A DNA stretch of 64,000 bases from an uncultured delta proteobacterium (lineage in GTDB: Bacteria; Desulfobacterota; RBG-13-43-22). Positions 28,800 to 39,991 of the stretch are shown here, in pieces. Where the stretch lies: contig CAWDKY010000030.1 of the NCBI GenBank assembly GCA_963802945.1, forward strand, positions 32,001-96,000. The letters run 5' to 3'. How positions within the stretch are numbered: the first letter of the stretch is position 1; each line of letters begins with the position of its first letter. The translations under genes were made by a program, and so were the position numbers. A model generated the notes under the pieces. It was not told the DNA's origin. It ran no database searches and worked only from the letters and a program-made list of their open reading frames with translations.

Positions 28800-29588
28800 A
28801 TGGACCTTCTTCACCCATCACCTCATCCTCAAGATAATATAAAAATGACTGTGAGGGACCTCAACTTTTTCTACGGGCCCCAAAAAGCTTTGGAAAATAT
28901 TAACCTGGATATTCCTGGTCACCAGGTGACGGCCTTCATCGGTCCATCCGGGTGCGGGAAAAGCACTTTCCTTCGCTGTCTAAACCGAATGAATGAGACG
29001 ATTCTGGACACCAGGATAGAAGGGACTATTCTTCTTGACGGAGAAGATATTTATGCTCCTGAAGTAGATGTGGTTGATGTGCGCCGTCGGGTGGGCATGG
29101 TCTTTCAAAAATCCAACCCCTTTCCCAAAACCATTTTTGAAAACGTGGCTTATGGTCTGCGGATCAATGGAATGAAGGACAGACGGGAGATTGCTGAAAT
29201 CGTGGAACAAAGTTTGATCGACGCCGCTATCTGGGACGAGGTTAAGGACCGCCTTTACGAATCGGCTATGGGCTTGTCCGGAGGTCAGCAGCAGCGGATT
29301 TGCATCGCCCGGGCCTTGGCCATCAAACCTGAAGTAATCCTCATGGACGAACCGGCTTCAGCCCTGGATCCCTTAGCCACCAAAAAGATTGAAGATCTGA
29401 TTCAAGAGTTAAAAAAAGACTACACGATTGTCATCGTCACCCATAACATGCAACAGGCTGCCCGCGTTTCCGATTTCACGGCCTTTTTTTATTTGGGGAA
29501 ACTGATCGAGGCTAACGAAACCCAAACGATTTTCACCAAACCCCAAATAAAACAGACCGAGGAATATATCACCGGACGGTTCGGGTAA
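28800..29588 (+). CDS. pstB: Phosphate ABC ATPase
   Basis: [25 protein letters not shown]-terminus. Confidence 0.97.
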   Translation: MDLLHPSPHPQDNIKMTVRDLNFFYGPQKALENINLDIPGHQVTAFIGPSGCGKSTFLRCLNRMNETILDTRIEGTILLDGEDIYAPEVDVVDVRRRVGMVFQKSNPFPKTIFENVAYGLRINGMKDRREIAEIVEQSLIDAAIWDEVKDRLYESAMGLSGGQQQRICIARALAIKPEVILMDEPASALDPLATKKIEDLIQELKKDYTIVIVTHNMQQAARVSDFTAFFYLGKLIEANETQTIFTKPQIKQTEEYITGRFG

Positions 29589-29986
29589 TCATAAAAAGGG
29601 CCAACGTTTCTTTTTATATGCCAAACCTGATTGAAAAAAATATCGATTGGCTCTCGGCCTGGCTGATTTTCTTAAAACCCTCTTTTGGCCTTCTCCGCAC
29701 CCAATTTCGCCATTTGACATAAGCGACAATAGTAAGGTTTAGACCAACTTCCAGTTATTAGCCAAGGAGGTTGAACAGAAACTTGATAATAGGAAGACAG
29801 GATTATCCGTAAGGGGAAAGGATTACTCTCTTAACAGGAACCGCATTCCGAATAAACAGCAAATAAAAAAATATGCGGTTAAAAAGAACTTAGGATCAGA
29901 TCTTGAAATATAGGTTTTATGATTAGGATATTCCCCCCGAATATATCCGCCTTCTTTCCCGCCAGTAAAAATATCAGGCCGTTGTT

Positions 29987-31553
29987 TCAAGGCCTCATGG
30001 TAAATGAAGCCTTCCCTGTCTTTCGAAGCGGTGCGGCGAGATTGACGAAATCGACTACCAGGGGGCGAGTCCAGCGAGGATCAATGATCTCCTCAATCCA
30101 AAAGAGTCTCAGCCGTACGGAAGGGAGAGCGAAGTTTGTTGAGACGGGTTTCGATCTCCCGCAGTTTGACTTCCGCATCCGGGGCACTTTCTATTTCCGC
30201 CCGGTAAGCGGCTTCGATGCCGCCTTCCAGCGGCAGGGAACCCCAGCGGGCCGAAGGCCAGGCATATCGGGTACAGAACCGACCGGCGGGTTGATGGGCT
30301 CCACCGGCAACGCCGAAGGCGTTACGTATAATAACGGAGCACCAGGGCACCGTGGTTTGGTTGATGGCGCTCATGGCCCGCACCCCCTGACGAATGGTGG
30401 CCGAACGCTCGGCATCCGGTCCCACAAAAAAGCCGGGGCAATCAACAAAATAAATGACCGGCAAATGAAAGGTCTCAGCCAGATCGACAAACCGGATGAT
30501 TTTCGAACAGCAGTCGGCGGTCCAGGCACCGGCAAACTGGTAAGGATCACTGGCCATGAGGGCCACAGGCCAGCCGTCTATCCGCGCAAACCCGGTAATC
30601 ATCGGACGTCCGAAGTTCCGGCCCATCTCGAAGAAGGAGCCGCGATCGACGACGGTCTCAATAATAGGCCGCATTTTGTATACCTGGCGAATGTTTCTGG
30701 GAATCGCCTTCCCGAGCCAGTCATCTTGGCGGCTGGGGTCATCCACGATGGGGCCTCGTTCAGACAGGCTGTAAACCGAATCGGGTAAATAGGATAAAAA
30801 CCGCTTGGCGCACTCGATGGCCTCCACCTCGGTATCCGCGGCTTCATCTACTGCGCCGCATTTCGTCTGAACCATCCAACCGCCAAGCTCGTTACTGGTC
30901 AGATTGTAACCGAGGGCATTGACCAGCGGGGGACCGGCCACAAACAACTGCGATGTATTTTTGACCATCACCGAATAGTGGCTGGCGGCCATCCGGGCAG
31001 CGCCAAGACCGGCCACCGGACCCAGCCCGAGGCTCACTATGGGGACGGTTCCCATGTTTTCGGAGATAAGGTCGTATCGGGTAGACTGCTCGACCCCTCC
31101 AGGCAAATTCGCCCGTCCTTTGGTCTCGATCGTCTTGACCGACCCGCCGCCTCCGGAGCCTTCGATGAGGCGGATGATCGGAATACAGAGCTCATGGGCC
31201 ATACGCTCGGACATGAGGTTTTTCTCCTTAATCGTGGCATCGGCCGACCCGCCCCTGACCGTAAAGTCATCGCCGGCCACCACGACCGGTCGGCCGTTAA
31301 TCCGGCCCCTGGCCAGAAACGAATTGGAAGGCATTAAATCAATGAGGTCGTTATTCTCATCATAGGTCGCCTTGCCGGCAATGGTCCCAATCTCGTGCAA
31401 GGACCCCTTATCGACCAGCAAGTTCACCCGTTCACGAATAGTCAAGCGCCCTGCCTTATGCTGGCGTTTAACCTTATCCTCTCCCCCCATGCGTTTAGCC
31501 AGCGCCTCTCGCTTGGCCAATTCATCAAGTTCCGGTTGCCAGTTCATAGTCAT
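29987..31553 (-). CDS. Acyl-CoA carboxylase carboxyltransferase subunit, frameshift near 30104
   Basis: GRLTIRER, DDFTVRGGS, VDCPGF; C-terminus EEIIDPRWTR is in another frame. Confidence 0.88.
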
Positions 31554-31616
31554 TCATCCTTTAATATGGTTGTTAGAAAATATCGGACCCAGAGGCACCA
31601 TGGATCGCCTGCCTTG

Positions 31617-32684
31617 TCATCGCAAGGTAATGGCCTTCTCCGGGCACATCTCCTGACAGCAAAAGCAGGTGATGCAGGTGTCGGCATCCACCACAGGTAT
31701 GCCGTCACCCATGGACAGGGCCGATACCGCACACTGATCCACACAGGTCCCGCAGGCCGTACACAATTCAGGGTCGGCGATGGGTTTTAATTTTGTCCGG
31801 CTTTCAATAAAAGCCTGTACCGCTGGATTGTCCGCATTGTCCTGTCCGCCCAGAGCCGGGATCTTAAAATTGGGTATTGGGTTCAGTTTTCCGATGATTT
31901 CAATTTCCTTAAGTTCATAATCCCCCAATCCCACTTCCTTGGCCTTTCGGAGGAATCGCAACCTTCTGGGTTCACAACCCATCATGGTGGCTATAACAGC
32001 ATCCAGGGCCACGGCATTGTCGGAAGCCAAAATCAGGCCGATGTCCCTGAGGTCCGGTGAGGCCGGACCGTTGCCTTCCATGCCGATCACTGCATCGACC
32101 AGAAACAGGTCAGGAACCCTGAGCCGGAACACATCAACCAAAAGTTCATGGAATCTTTCTGGGCTGCCGGCCGCCTTGTGCAATTTGGCCTTCTGGGCTC
32201 CTGGCAGAATCCCATAACTGTTTTTGATCGCACCTGTAACTACGGTTAAACCATGCGTCTTGAATTTAGGAACACTAATCATGATGTCGGCTTCTTCCAC
32301 GGCCCGGGAAAGACTCACTTTGGTCATGAATTCGGCATTGAAGTCTCTTGTCACGGAATCATTTCCGATGTTGCGATAATGCCCTTTTGAGGCTTCCATC
32401 AAGCCGGATTTCTGAAAAGAAAGCTCATTTTGCCCATAGCTGAACATTCCCGGATTATCTCCCACGACAAGGGAAGCGGGATTCAAACTCTCCACCTTTT
32501 CCACTATGGCCCTTAGCACCGCCGGATGGGTGGTGATGTTTTCCTGAGGCTCGGAGCTTCGAAGTACGTTGGGTTTGATCAAGACCTTTTTCCCGGCAAT
32601 TTCCAAAGAAAAAAGATTAAAGGCCTGGTCTACGGCCTGACGACAATTCTCATAAGTGGCTGGATGTATCATGACTCTGAACAT
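31617..32684 (-). CDS. DUF362 domain plus 2x[4Fe-4S] protein
   Basis: IKPN, TTHP, PKFKTH, GMEGNGP; two CxxCxxCxxxC motifs. Confidence 0.9.
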   Translation of the reverse strand: MFRVMIHPATYENCRQAVDQAFNLFSLEIAGKKVLIKPNVLRSSEPQENITTHPAVLRAIVEKVESLNPASLVVGDNPGMFSYGQNELSFQKSGLMEASKGHYRNIGNDSVTRDFNAEFMTKVSLSRAVEEADIMISVPKFKTHGLTVVTGAIKNSYGILPGAQKAKLHKAAGSPERFHELLVDVFRLRVPDLFLVDAVIGMEGNGPASPDLRDIGLILASDNAVALDAVIATMMGCEPRRLRFLRKAKEVGLGDYELKEIEIIGKLNPIPNFKIPALGGQDNADNPAVQAFIESRTKLKPIADPELCTACGTCVDQCAVSALSMGDGIPVVDADTCITCFCCQEMCPEKAITLR

Positions 32685-32731
32685 AGATGTTCCTCCATTT
32701 TTTTAGGGTGCCATAAAACTTTTTGGGCAGT

Positions 32732-34097
32732 CTATTTATGTATCTCACTTAGGACCTCTTGTTTCAACGACTGCAAATAAATCCGCGTAAAAGCGCCGGC
32801 GGAACGCATCTGTTTTTCTATAATGCGGTTATATTTCCGGACATCTTTTTCCGGGGCATTGGCAATGATTTTATGGGCATCGTAATCCCCTTCCTCACTG
32901 ATCTTTTCAATGTCCGTGTAGAGCTTCCGATCGGTAATGATAGCTTTTAAAAGCGAAGGGAAGCTCTTGGCCGCGGCATGTGATTCTTTGGCCGCCACCC
33001 GGCTCAGGAAATGATCAAAATAAGCGGGATAAGTTTTGTCGATGGAAGTATCCGCCAGAGTCTTGAACAAGACGTTACCTTCATCGTGCTTCAGGAAGGC
33101 ATCGCGGAGCTCCTCGTTAAGGAGTTTTTCAATCAGGATATGGGCTCTGGACACCTCACTGACAGCCGATGATTTTGGTCCATGGATGCCAATCAGATCC
33201 AGTACAGCCAATGAGAGCATGGTCACGGCCCTTCGGCCGGGCGTCATGGTGGTATGATAGGGCATGGTCATGTCCTGCAAATAATGCAAGCCCCAGCCGG
33301 CAAACCGGTATCCCCAATAGGGATGGCCGGTCTGAAAAGCCAGTTTGGCCAGGGAACGATACTAGATGCACCCTTTGTTCCGTAAAAGTCTTTTGAAAAC
33401 TCGGGTCAGCCTTATAGATAATCTTGGATTCATAATAAAAGCCCATATGAAAAGGCGCCTGTGTCCCATAGGAAAGCTTCGGATTTCCGAAAGGCTGCTT
33501 CCCGTAACCGTATTCTTTGCCGAAAGGTGTGTTATTATCCTCCCAGAGGCCAATGTCCAATCCGTTATCCGGTTCGTCGGAAGCGGAAGAAACCACATCC
33601 AGGGCGTTTATTTTTTCTCCTGGTGTCAGAGGAATATAGATCATATTCTGAAAGTCATTGGCCAGAACGCTTATAGCAGACCAGGGCAGCGGTTTTTTGG
33701 AAGGGGCCGGGGTGCCGGCGGGGGTGCCGGGAAGGACCATGACGAATAAAGGGATTTTCATGTCCGGATTTAGCCGCATCGCCTTTAGAAACCGGAGGCG
33801 AAGGTTGGTTTCTTTACTGTTGATAAAATTCAGCGACTGAGGCATGGGCGGATAGGCTTTGACGTTAGAGATAGCCCAGATTTCTTCTGATTTCAGTAAT
33901 GCACCGATTTTATCTTTTTCTTTGGATAAGAACGATTCCAGCGGTTCGGCGGCCACCTTTACCTGATAATCCGTTTGACCCTTAAGGGCAGAATAAGTCA
34001 AATAGACATGATTGCTCCAGGCATAGGAGGAAAGCGGCAACATCGTTAGAAAATACACCATCATTCCCGGAATTTTTAAATAGTTTTTAATAAGCAT
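32732..34097 (-). CDS. Secreted zinc-dependent phospholipase C/P1-nuclease-fold protein, frameshift near 33360
   Basis: Signal peptide then mature N-terminal WSNH; DEPD; FH; GWGLHYLQDMTMPYH. Confidence 0.72.
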
Positions 34098-34324
34098 GGC
34101 CTTTCTTCCTGTAAAGATTGGATAGGCTTATTCTACAAATCAGAAAGGAAAAAGCAAGGGTTCTTTTTGTTCCAAGACGTTGCCTGCCTTTGTCTCAGGT
34201 TAAAATATTGTTCGATTATTGACATCCTTCAGGAGCTGTCTTAGTATATTTCTATAGGTTGACAGAAAGAGGAATTGTGGGCATTATTTCCAACAACATG
34301 AGGATATAAAAAAGGACGGCTGAT

Positions 34325-34891
34325 ATGGCAGATAAAGATAACGGAAAAATTAAAATACTCGGTTTTGCCGGAAGTCTCAGGAAAGGGTCCTTTAACAAAA
34401 TGCTTTTGCGGGCTGCTGTTGAGGTTGCCCCGGAAGAAGTGGAGCTGGAAGTATTCGACCTTGAAGGTATTCCCTTGTTCAATCAAGACCTGGAGAAAAG
34501 GCCTCATGAGAAATTAAAGGAATTTAAAGTAAAAATAAAAGCAGCGGATGGGCTCCTTATTGTGACGCCGGAATATAATTATTCTGTTCCCGGTGTTCTG
34601 AAAAATGCCATCGACGCCGCCTCAAGACCTTATGGTACAAGCCCTTTTGAAGAAAAACCCGTTGCCATCATGGGCGCTTCAATCGGAATGCTTGGTACGG
34701 CCAGGGCCCAGTATCACCTGAGGCAGACCATGGTCATCCTTAATGCCTTCCCTCTGAACCGCCCGGAGATTATGGTGACTTTCGCCGAAAAGAAATTTGA
34801 TGCCACGGGCAGGCTTATCGATGAAATGACAAGGGAGAAAGTAAAGGAACTTCTTGTTGGGCTGGTAAGGTGGATTAAAAGGCTGGCCTGA
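34325..34891 (+). CDS. NADPH-dependent FMN reductase (ChrR/SsuE-like)
   Basis: GSLRKGSFN, TPEYNYSVPGVLKNAID. Confidence 0.93.
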   Translation: MADKDNGKIKILGFAGSLRKGSFNKMLLRAAVEVAPEEVELEVFDLEGIPLFNQDLEKRPHEKLKEFKVKIKAADGLLIVTPEYNYSVPGVLKNAIDAASRPYGTSPFEEKPVAIMGASIGMLGTARAQYHLRQTMVILNAFPLNRPEIMVTFAEKKFDATGRLIDEMTREKVKELLVGLVRWIKRLA

Positions 34892-34894
34892 TCA

Positions 34895-35080
34895 GATTTG
34901 ACGGCTTCGTAAAAAATCGGAAGAACCGTCACCCTCGCCCCGCATCAAGTGCGGGATAGACTCCAGCGGGGGTCCAGACACCGTCCCTGCGAAGGTAGGG
35001 AACCAAACAAAATTCCCTGGATTCCCGTTTTCACGGGAATGACAAAAATGGATCATTGATGATTTTTTGCGAGTTCATTA
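34895..35080. repeat. REP-like palindromic repeat (GGATTCCC...GGGAATGAC type)
   Basis: ggattcccgttttcacgggaatgac hairpin; 34937-34967 is the exact reverse complement of 63253-63283. Confidence 0.8.
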
Positions 35081-35127
35081 GGTTTGGTTTTCCTTTTTTT
35101 CGATCAATTTTTATTCATCTTCGAAGA

Positions 35128-35925
35128 TCAATCACCGTGTAGGTAATCCCCGATTTTTCTCATACGCTCCATCTCTGATTGGCTTAACGGACCCATTTCC
35201 AGGGTCTTCAAGGCCTCTTTCATTTGGGCCTCATCTTTCGGCCCGCAGAGGCAGACATCGACGGCCTGATTGGAAAGGGAAAACCGATAACATGCGCTGG
35301 CCGATGGAGGGACCTCCCCCGGCGGCATCTTCTTGGGGTTCAGAAGCCGTCCCCAGCGTGTGGCCGTGTAGGTAACAATGCCTGGCCTCCCAACCAACGG
35401 TAAAAAAGGAAAGGTTTCCTGTTCAGCCCCCCGGTGGGCCGCGTTGTAACGGACATGGAAAAGGTCGAAAAGACCTTCCTTGGCCAATTCCGGAAAAAGC
35501 TTCCGGTTATGACCGGAAACGGCCAGAAAGCGAAAGAGGCCCTTTTCTTTCATAGCCATGGCTTTGTCTAAAAGTTTCTCTCCAGGCCGTTGGTTGTGCC
35601 ATCCCATAAGCAGAATATCCACATGATCCAAGCCCAAGGTCCGGAGAGCTTTCTCGAAGAACGACTCCATGAGATGGGCTGAACGGGAGTAGCTTTGGAC
35701 GAGGATGACCAGTTCGTCTCTCTTTCCTTGGGCACAAATATTCTTGATGGCCTCTCTCATGTTTGACTTGCGCCTCGAACCCCAGTAAAAATAATTGCAC
35801 CCCTTATCAAAAGCCTCTTCAAAAGCCATGGCTGGGGCACCATAGCTGGCCGCCACACCGAGACGACCTACCTTTAAGCCGGTTCGGCCGAGAATGGTTG
35901 CTTGTATGAAATCCATGGTCTCCAT
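35128..35925 (-). CDS. Aldo/keto reductase family protein
   Basis: LGRTGLKVGRLG, LRTLGLDHVD, AVSGH. Confidence 0.85.
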   Translation of the reverse strand: METMDFIQATILGRTGLKVGRLGVAASYGAPAMAFEEAFDKGCNYFYWGSRRKSNMREAIKNICAQGKRDELVILVQSYSRSAHLMESFFEKALRTLGLDHVDILLMGWHNQRPGEKLLDKAMAMKEKGLFRFLAVSGHNRKLFPELAKEGLFDLFHVRYNAAHRGAEQETFPFLPLVGRPGIVTYTATRWGRLLNPKKMPPGEVPPSASACYRFSLSNQAVDVCLCGPKDEAQMKEALKTLEMGPLSQSEMERMRKIGDYLHGD

Positions 35926-36288
35926 GATGAAATATTCCTTTCTTGGCAAACCTTCATGCCCGCGTCTTTTCTGCCCTGGTCAGGGCTTCCTTCACCCGCT
36001 CCCGGGTCATTGGCAGATCAAAGATTAGAAATATTTTGACACCAATGTGAGTCGAAAGCAAGGGCCTGCCCGACGACAGAGGATTGGATCACCGGAAGGT
36101 TCGACTAATCCTCTCTTCAGCTTGTCACTTTAAAAAATCTGCTCCACATTGCTTCCTGGAGGTATAATAAAACCTCATCACCTTGAGCGGTCACTTTTTG
36201 TTTCCGACCGAGAGACAGTTCAAAGGATTTAATCTTGGTATTCTGGCGTGAAAGTTCGATCACCTCGGCAGTTATTTTCGAAATTTGA

Positions 36289-38172
36289 TCATAAGCCGTC
36301 CTGGCTTTCTGTGCTGTTTGTTTTTACACCAGGATTAGCTTCTCTTTTAAAATATTGGATATCGAATTCAAAATTCGGAAAAAGCCGCGGAAGTCTCATC
36401 AGGTTAAAGACCATCACCCCAATAGACATCCGCTCAAACCATGAAGACAAGGGCCAACCCAAATGAACCACCACTTGGCGATCGGCCATTTCATATTCCA
36501 CTACCCGGAGTATGGACACCAGGCGATGAAACAGGCTGATTTTAGATAAAGGAAACCGAAATTGGTTGGGCACAACCTTTGAGGGAAGCCCTCCGATCCG
36601 AGGGGAATAAAAAGTAATATAAGCTTCATTATCTTTAGGCTGGGCCATATCGGTTTCCTCGGACCTCCTGAAAAAAAGATGAATCTCCCGTTCCTCGGAT
36701 TCGGCCAGATAAAGAATCATCTCCATTTCATTTTCCCCTTGTTCTATCTCTTTGATCTCCGGAGATCGCTTCTTGCCCACCCAAAATCCCAAAAGAAGCA
36801 TCACACCCGTTACCGTGCCCCAAAGCATGGTTGCATGGGGTTTAGCAATGGCCAAGGTAATAAAACAACTGACCAGAATAACCCAGAGGATAAGGGTGCC
36901 GAGACGGCTGGTGGAATAGGTGATCCCTTCCTCTTTGCCTCTAAAATATCGGTAAATGATCAGGGAACCCATGTTAATGCAAAAGGAGGCCAGAAGCCCC
37001 AAGGCATACATGTTGGCCAATTCCGCCTGACTCCCCATTGTAAAAAAGATGATAATAGAAAAAAAGGTGGCACTGGACAAATGAATACGGTACAGAGCTT
37101 GCCTTCGATTAGTGGCAATAAGCCAATGAAAGTCGTATCGGTGGGCCACCCGTTCCATCAACTCGCTGGAAGCCACAAAGGCGGTATTGACGGCCATGGT
37201 CAAAGTAAAACTGGCCAAGGCCCCAACGATAAAACCAAAAGGGACCCCGTTGAGCAGGGTGGCATAATAGGTGATCAGGTCCCCTTCATGGGCCTTAAAA
37301 TCGATCCGGGCGGATAAAGCCAGGGTAGCCACCAGAGGGGTCACCACCCCCACGGTCAAGGCCAAAAACCAATAGGCCTTGCGGATTTCTTTCCAGGTCC
37401 TCACAAATCCCGCGGTTTGGAGGACCGATTCCACCCCGGAGTAGGCCAAAATACAAAAAGCAATACTCGTAATGAAATGGCTGTAGTTTTCCGCAATCGA
37501 TCCTCTGGTGACATTATTTATCGCCTGGGTCGTCGCCAAATGCATTTGTCCTAAAGATTCATGGTTCAGGTTTAAGAGACCGGAGGCGATCAGGTTGAGC
37601 ATGACGAAAACAGCACCGACAAAAATCATGAAAGTAAAGCGGGCATTTTCCCTGATCCCCATAATATTTAAGCCGGCAACGGCCCAGATAATGGCCAACA
37701 CGGTGATTATGGAAGTCTGTTGAGACAGTGGGAAAAAAGAAGTGGCATTCGACACCGCACTGACTGCCGACATACAGGCGGTCAGGATGTAATCGACCAT
37801 AATCGAAGATACGGCCACGAAGGACATCATGGGGCCTAAGACCAAGTAAGAAAAGGAATAGACTCCGCCGCCGATGAGATGATGATGCTCGAGGACTTCA
37901 GCAATCTCTGTCAGCCGAGTACTGATAAAGCGGACCAGTAAACTGGTAAGGGCAATAAAGATAATGGCGCTCAAGCTGATAAAACGAAAGGCTTCAGCGG
38001 GGGCGTAAAAGATGGAGGTAAACTCATCCATTAAAGTGATGACGCCTACTGCTAAATAGGTCAGCCAAATCCGCCCCCCCTGGCTATAAGAGAGTAGATT
38101 CCGCTGCCGAAACAGATAAATAAAAAGTATAATCAAACCGCTATTGAGCACGAGAAGGATAAGGGGCTTCAT
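36289..38172 (-). CDS. APC-superfamily permease, KimA/YdaO-like K+ transporter
   Basis: DEFTSIFYA, GGGVY, DYILT, YSGVES; many TM helices; upstream ydaO riboswitch. Confidence 0.75.
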   Translation of the reverse strand: MKPLILLVLNSGLIILFIYLFRQRNLLSYSQGGRIWLTYLAVGVITLMDEFTSIFYAPAEAFRFISLSAIIFIALTSLLVRFISTRLTEIAEVLEHHHLIGGGVYSFSYLVLGPMMSFVAVSSIMVDYILTACMSAVSAVSNATSFFPLSQQTSIITVLAIIWAVAGLNIMGIRENARFTFMIFVGAVFVMLNLIASGLLNLNHESLGQMHLATTQAINNVTRGSIAENYSHFITSIAFCILAYSGVESVLQTAGFVRTWKEIRKAYWFLALTVGVVTPLVATLALSARIDFKAHEGDLITYYATLLNGVPFGFIVGALASFTLTMAVNTAFVASSELMERVAHRYDFHWLIATNRRQALYRIHLSSATFFSIIIFFTMGSQAELANMYALGLLASFCINMGSLIIYRYFRGKEEGITYSTSRLGTLILWVILVSCFITLAIAKPHATMLWGTVTGVMLLLGFWVGKKRSPEIKEIEQGENEMEMILYLAESEEREIHLFFRRSEETDMAQPKDNEAYITFYSPRIGGLPSKVVPNQFRFPLSKISLFHRLVSILRVVEYEMADRQVVVHLGWPLSSWFERMSIGVMVFNLMRLPRLFPNFEFDIQYFKREANPGVKTNSTESQDGL

Positions 38173-38348
38173 TTTATTGCCTTAAATAACAGCCAAGGGA
38201 ATATTAAAGATGGAAGAAGTTTTGAATGGTTTGAAAAAAGAACTGGAGCAGACCAATGGACTTCCTGAAGTTCACTCAAGTATTCCACGCCCTTTTCGGC
38301 CCACTGAAGGTTGTCGTCCACAGACGACCAAAAGCAGACGTTCGACAT
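38169..38348 (-). CDS. Putative 59-aa leader ORF coupled to the permease
   Basis: AAGGGGG RBS then MSNVCFWSS...LLFKAIK; its TGA overlaps the permease ATG (ATGA). Confidence 0.4.
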   Translation of the reverse strand: MSNVCFWSSVDDNLQWAEKGVEYLSELQEVHWSAPVLFSNHSKLLPSLIFPWLLFKAIK

Positions 38349-38351
38349 ATC

Positions 38352-38478
38352 CCCCTTTACGCTACGAGGTTAGCTGACGGGCTCGGGCAGGAGGCAACTT
38401 GCCCTACCGCACAACGGATTCGCCCCGAATGATCGGGTCCCCCGCTTCTCTGGTTTAATACCTGAGAACTCGCTGGTC
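38352..38478 (-). ncRNA. c-di-AMP (ydaO/yuaA) riboswitch
   Basis: Minus strand GCGGGGGACCC...TTCGGGGCGAATC...GGTAGGG...CCCGAGCCCGTCAGCTAACCTCGTAGCG matches the ydaO consensus. Confidence 0.92.
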
Positions 38479-38671
38479 GGCCTTATACCCAGCCGATGCG
38501 GGGTAATTTAAACCTTTCTTAAGGGAAGTCAATAAAAAAAATAGTGTAATCTATATGAGTTGGGCTTTAAAATTTTGATCGGTCTACCCCTGGAAATTTG
38601 CACTCCGAGCTAACCTGTGTTACTATTAAACAAATAGGGAAATCAATTCGTTAGTTCAAAAGGATTTATCA

Positions 38672-39991
38672 ATGGGATTTTTAGTAGCCATAGTCGGTGC
38701 GCCTAATGTGGGCAAGTCAACGCTTTTCAACCGCCTGATTGGAAGGCGCAAAGCCATTGTGGACGATCAGCCGGGAGTCACCCGGGACCGGAATTACCAG
38801 GAAGTGATCTGGGAAGGGAAAAAATTTTCTCTGGTGGATACCGGCGGATTTGAGTGGGATAAAAAAAGCCTGATGGATAAAGGCTTAAGAGAGCAAATCG
38901 AAATGGCCCTGGAAGAGGCCGACCTGATTGTCTTTTTGGGAGACGGACAAAAAGGTCTGGCCCCGGCCGACGAACAGGTCATCCGGCGTCTAAGAAAGAC
39001 TTCCAGGCCGGTCCTCTATGCAGTGAATAAAATAGATAATCCCAAATTAAAGGAAGACCTGGTCGAATATTATCGTCTTGGCCTCGAGGCCGTCCTTCCT
39101 GTCTCGGCCCTGCATGGAATGGGCATCCAGGCCTTGAAAGAAGCCATCATCGCCCATTTGCCTGCTATGGTTGAATTCGCCGAAGAAGATCGTCGTGTCC
39201 GTCTGGCCGTTATCGGTCGGCCGAATGTGGGCAAGTCTTCTCTGATCAATTCCATCCTGGGTTTTGAACGGGTTCTGGTCGGTTCCGAACCGGGGACGAC
39301 CCGGGATGCCATTGATACCCCCTTTGACTACAAAGGCCAGGGATATCTTCTGATCGATACGGCCGGGATCCGGCGGAAGGCCCGGATTGCCCAGCGGCTG
39401 GAAAAATTTTCCGTTCTCGAGGCCATCAAAGGGATCGATCAATGCGATCTGGCCGTCATACTTTTGGATGCCGTCCAGGGGGTGACCGATCAGGATGCCC
39501 GGATAGCCGGGCTGGCCTTTGAAAAGGGCAAGGGTTGTATTATCGGAGTGAACAAATGGGACCTGATTGAAAAGAACATTAAAAACAAAAAACAATTTCT
39601 GGAAGACATCCGTTACCACCTCAAATATCTTTCCTTTGCCCCGATCCTCCCCATCTCAGCTCAAACCGGGTTGGGACGAGAAAAACTTTTGAATACCATC
39701 CATCAGGTTTATCGGCAATACACCCGGCGCATTGACACCGGCCCCTTGAACCAGGCCTTGAAAACTATATTGTCCGGGCACTCCCTGCCTTTACGAGGTG
39801 GTCAGCGGGTCAAGATTTACTTTGCCACCCAGGTGGAAATCAAACCGCCCACTTTTATCTTTTTTGCCAATTATCCGGAAAACATCCATTTCTCCTACCA
39901 GCGCTATATGACCAATAAGCTTCGGGAGGTTTTTAAATTTAACAACTGCCCAATCAAGATTATTTTTCGAAAGAGGGAAAAGAGGGCTTAA
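38672..39991 (+). CDS. der: Ribosome biogenesis GTPase Der/EngA
   Basis: Two GxPNVGKS G-domains, DTGG/DTAG, KH-like C-terminus. Confidence 0.97.
   Translation: MGFLVAIVGAPNVGKSTLFNRLIGRRKAIVDDQPGVTRDRNYQEVIWEGKKFSLVDTGGFEWDKKSLMDKGLREQIEMALEEADLIVFLGDGQKGLAPADEQVIRRLRKTSRPVLYAVNKIDNPKLKEDLVEYYRLGLEAVLPVSALHGMGIQALKEAIIAHLPAMVEFAEEDRRVRLAVIGRPNVGKSSLINSILGFERVLVGSEPGTTRDAIDTPFDYKGQGYLLIDTAGIRRKARIAQRLEKFSVLEAIKGIDQCDLAVILLDAVQGVTDQDARIAGLAFEKGKGCIIGVNKWDLIEKNIKNKKQFLEDIRYHLKYLSFAPILPISAQTGLGREKLLNTIHQVYRQYTRRIDTGPLNQALKTILSGHSLPLRGGQRVKIYFATQVEIKPPTFIFFANYPENIHFSYQRYMTNKLREVFKFNNCPIKIIFRKREKRA

Noticed and set aside
29919-30788. 289-aa plus-strand ORF
   Set aside because: Antisense to the carboxyltransferase gene
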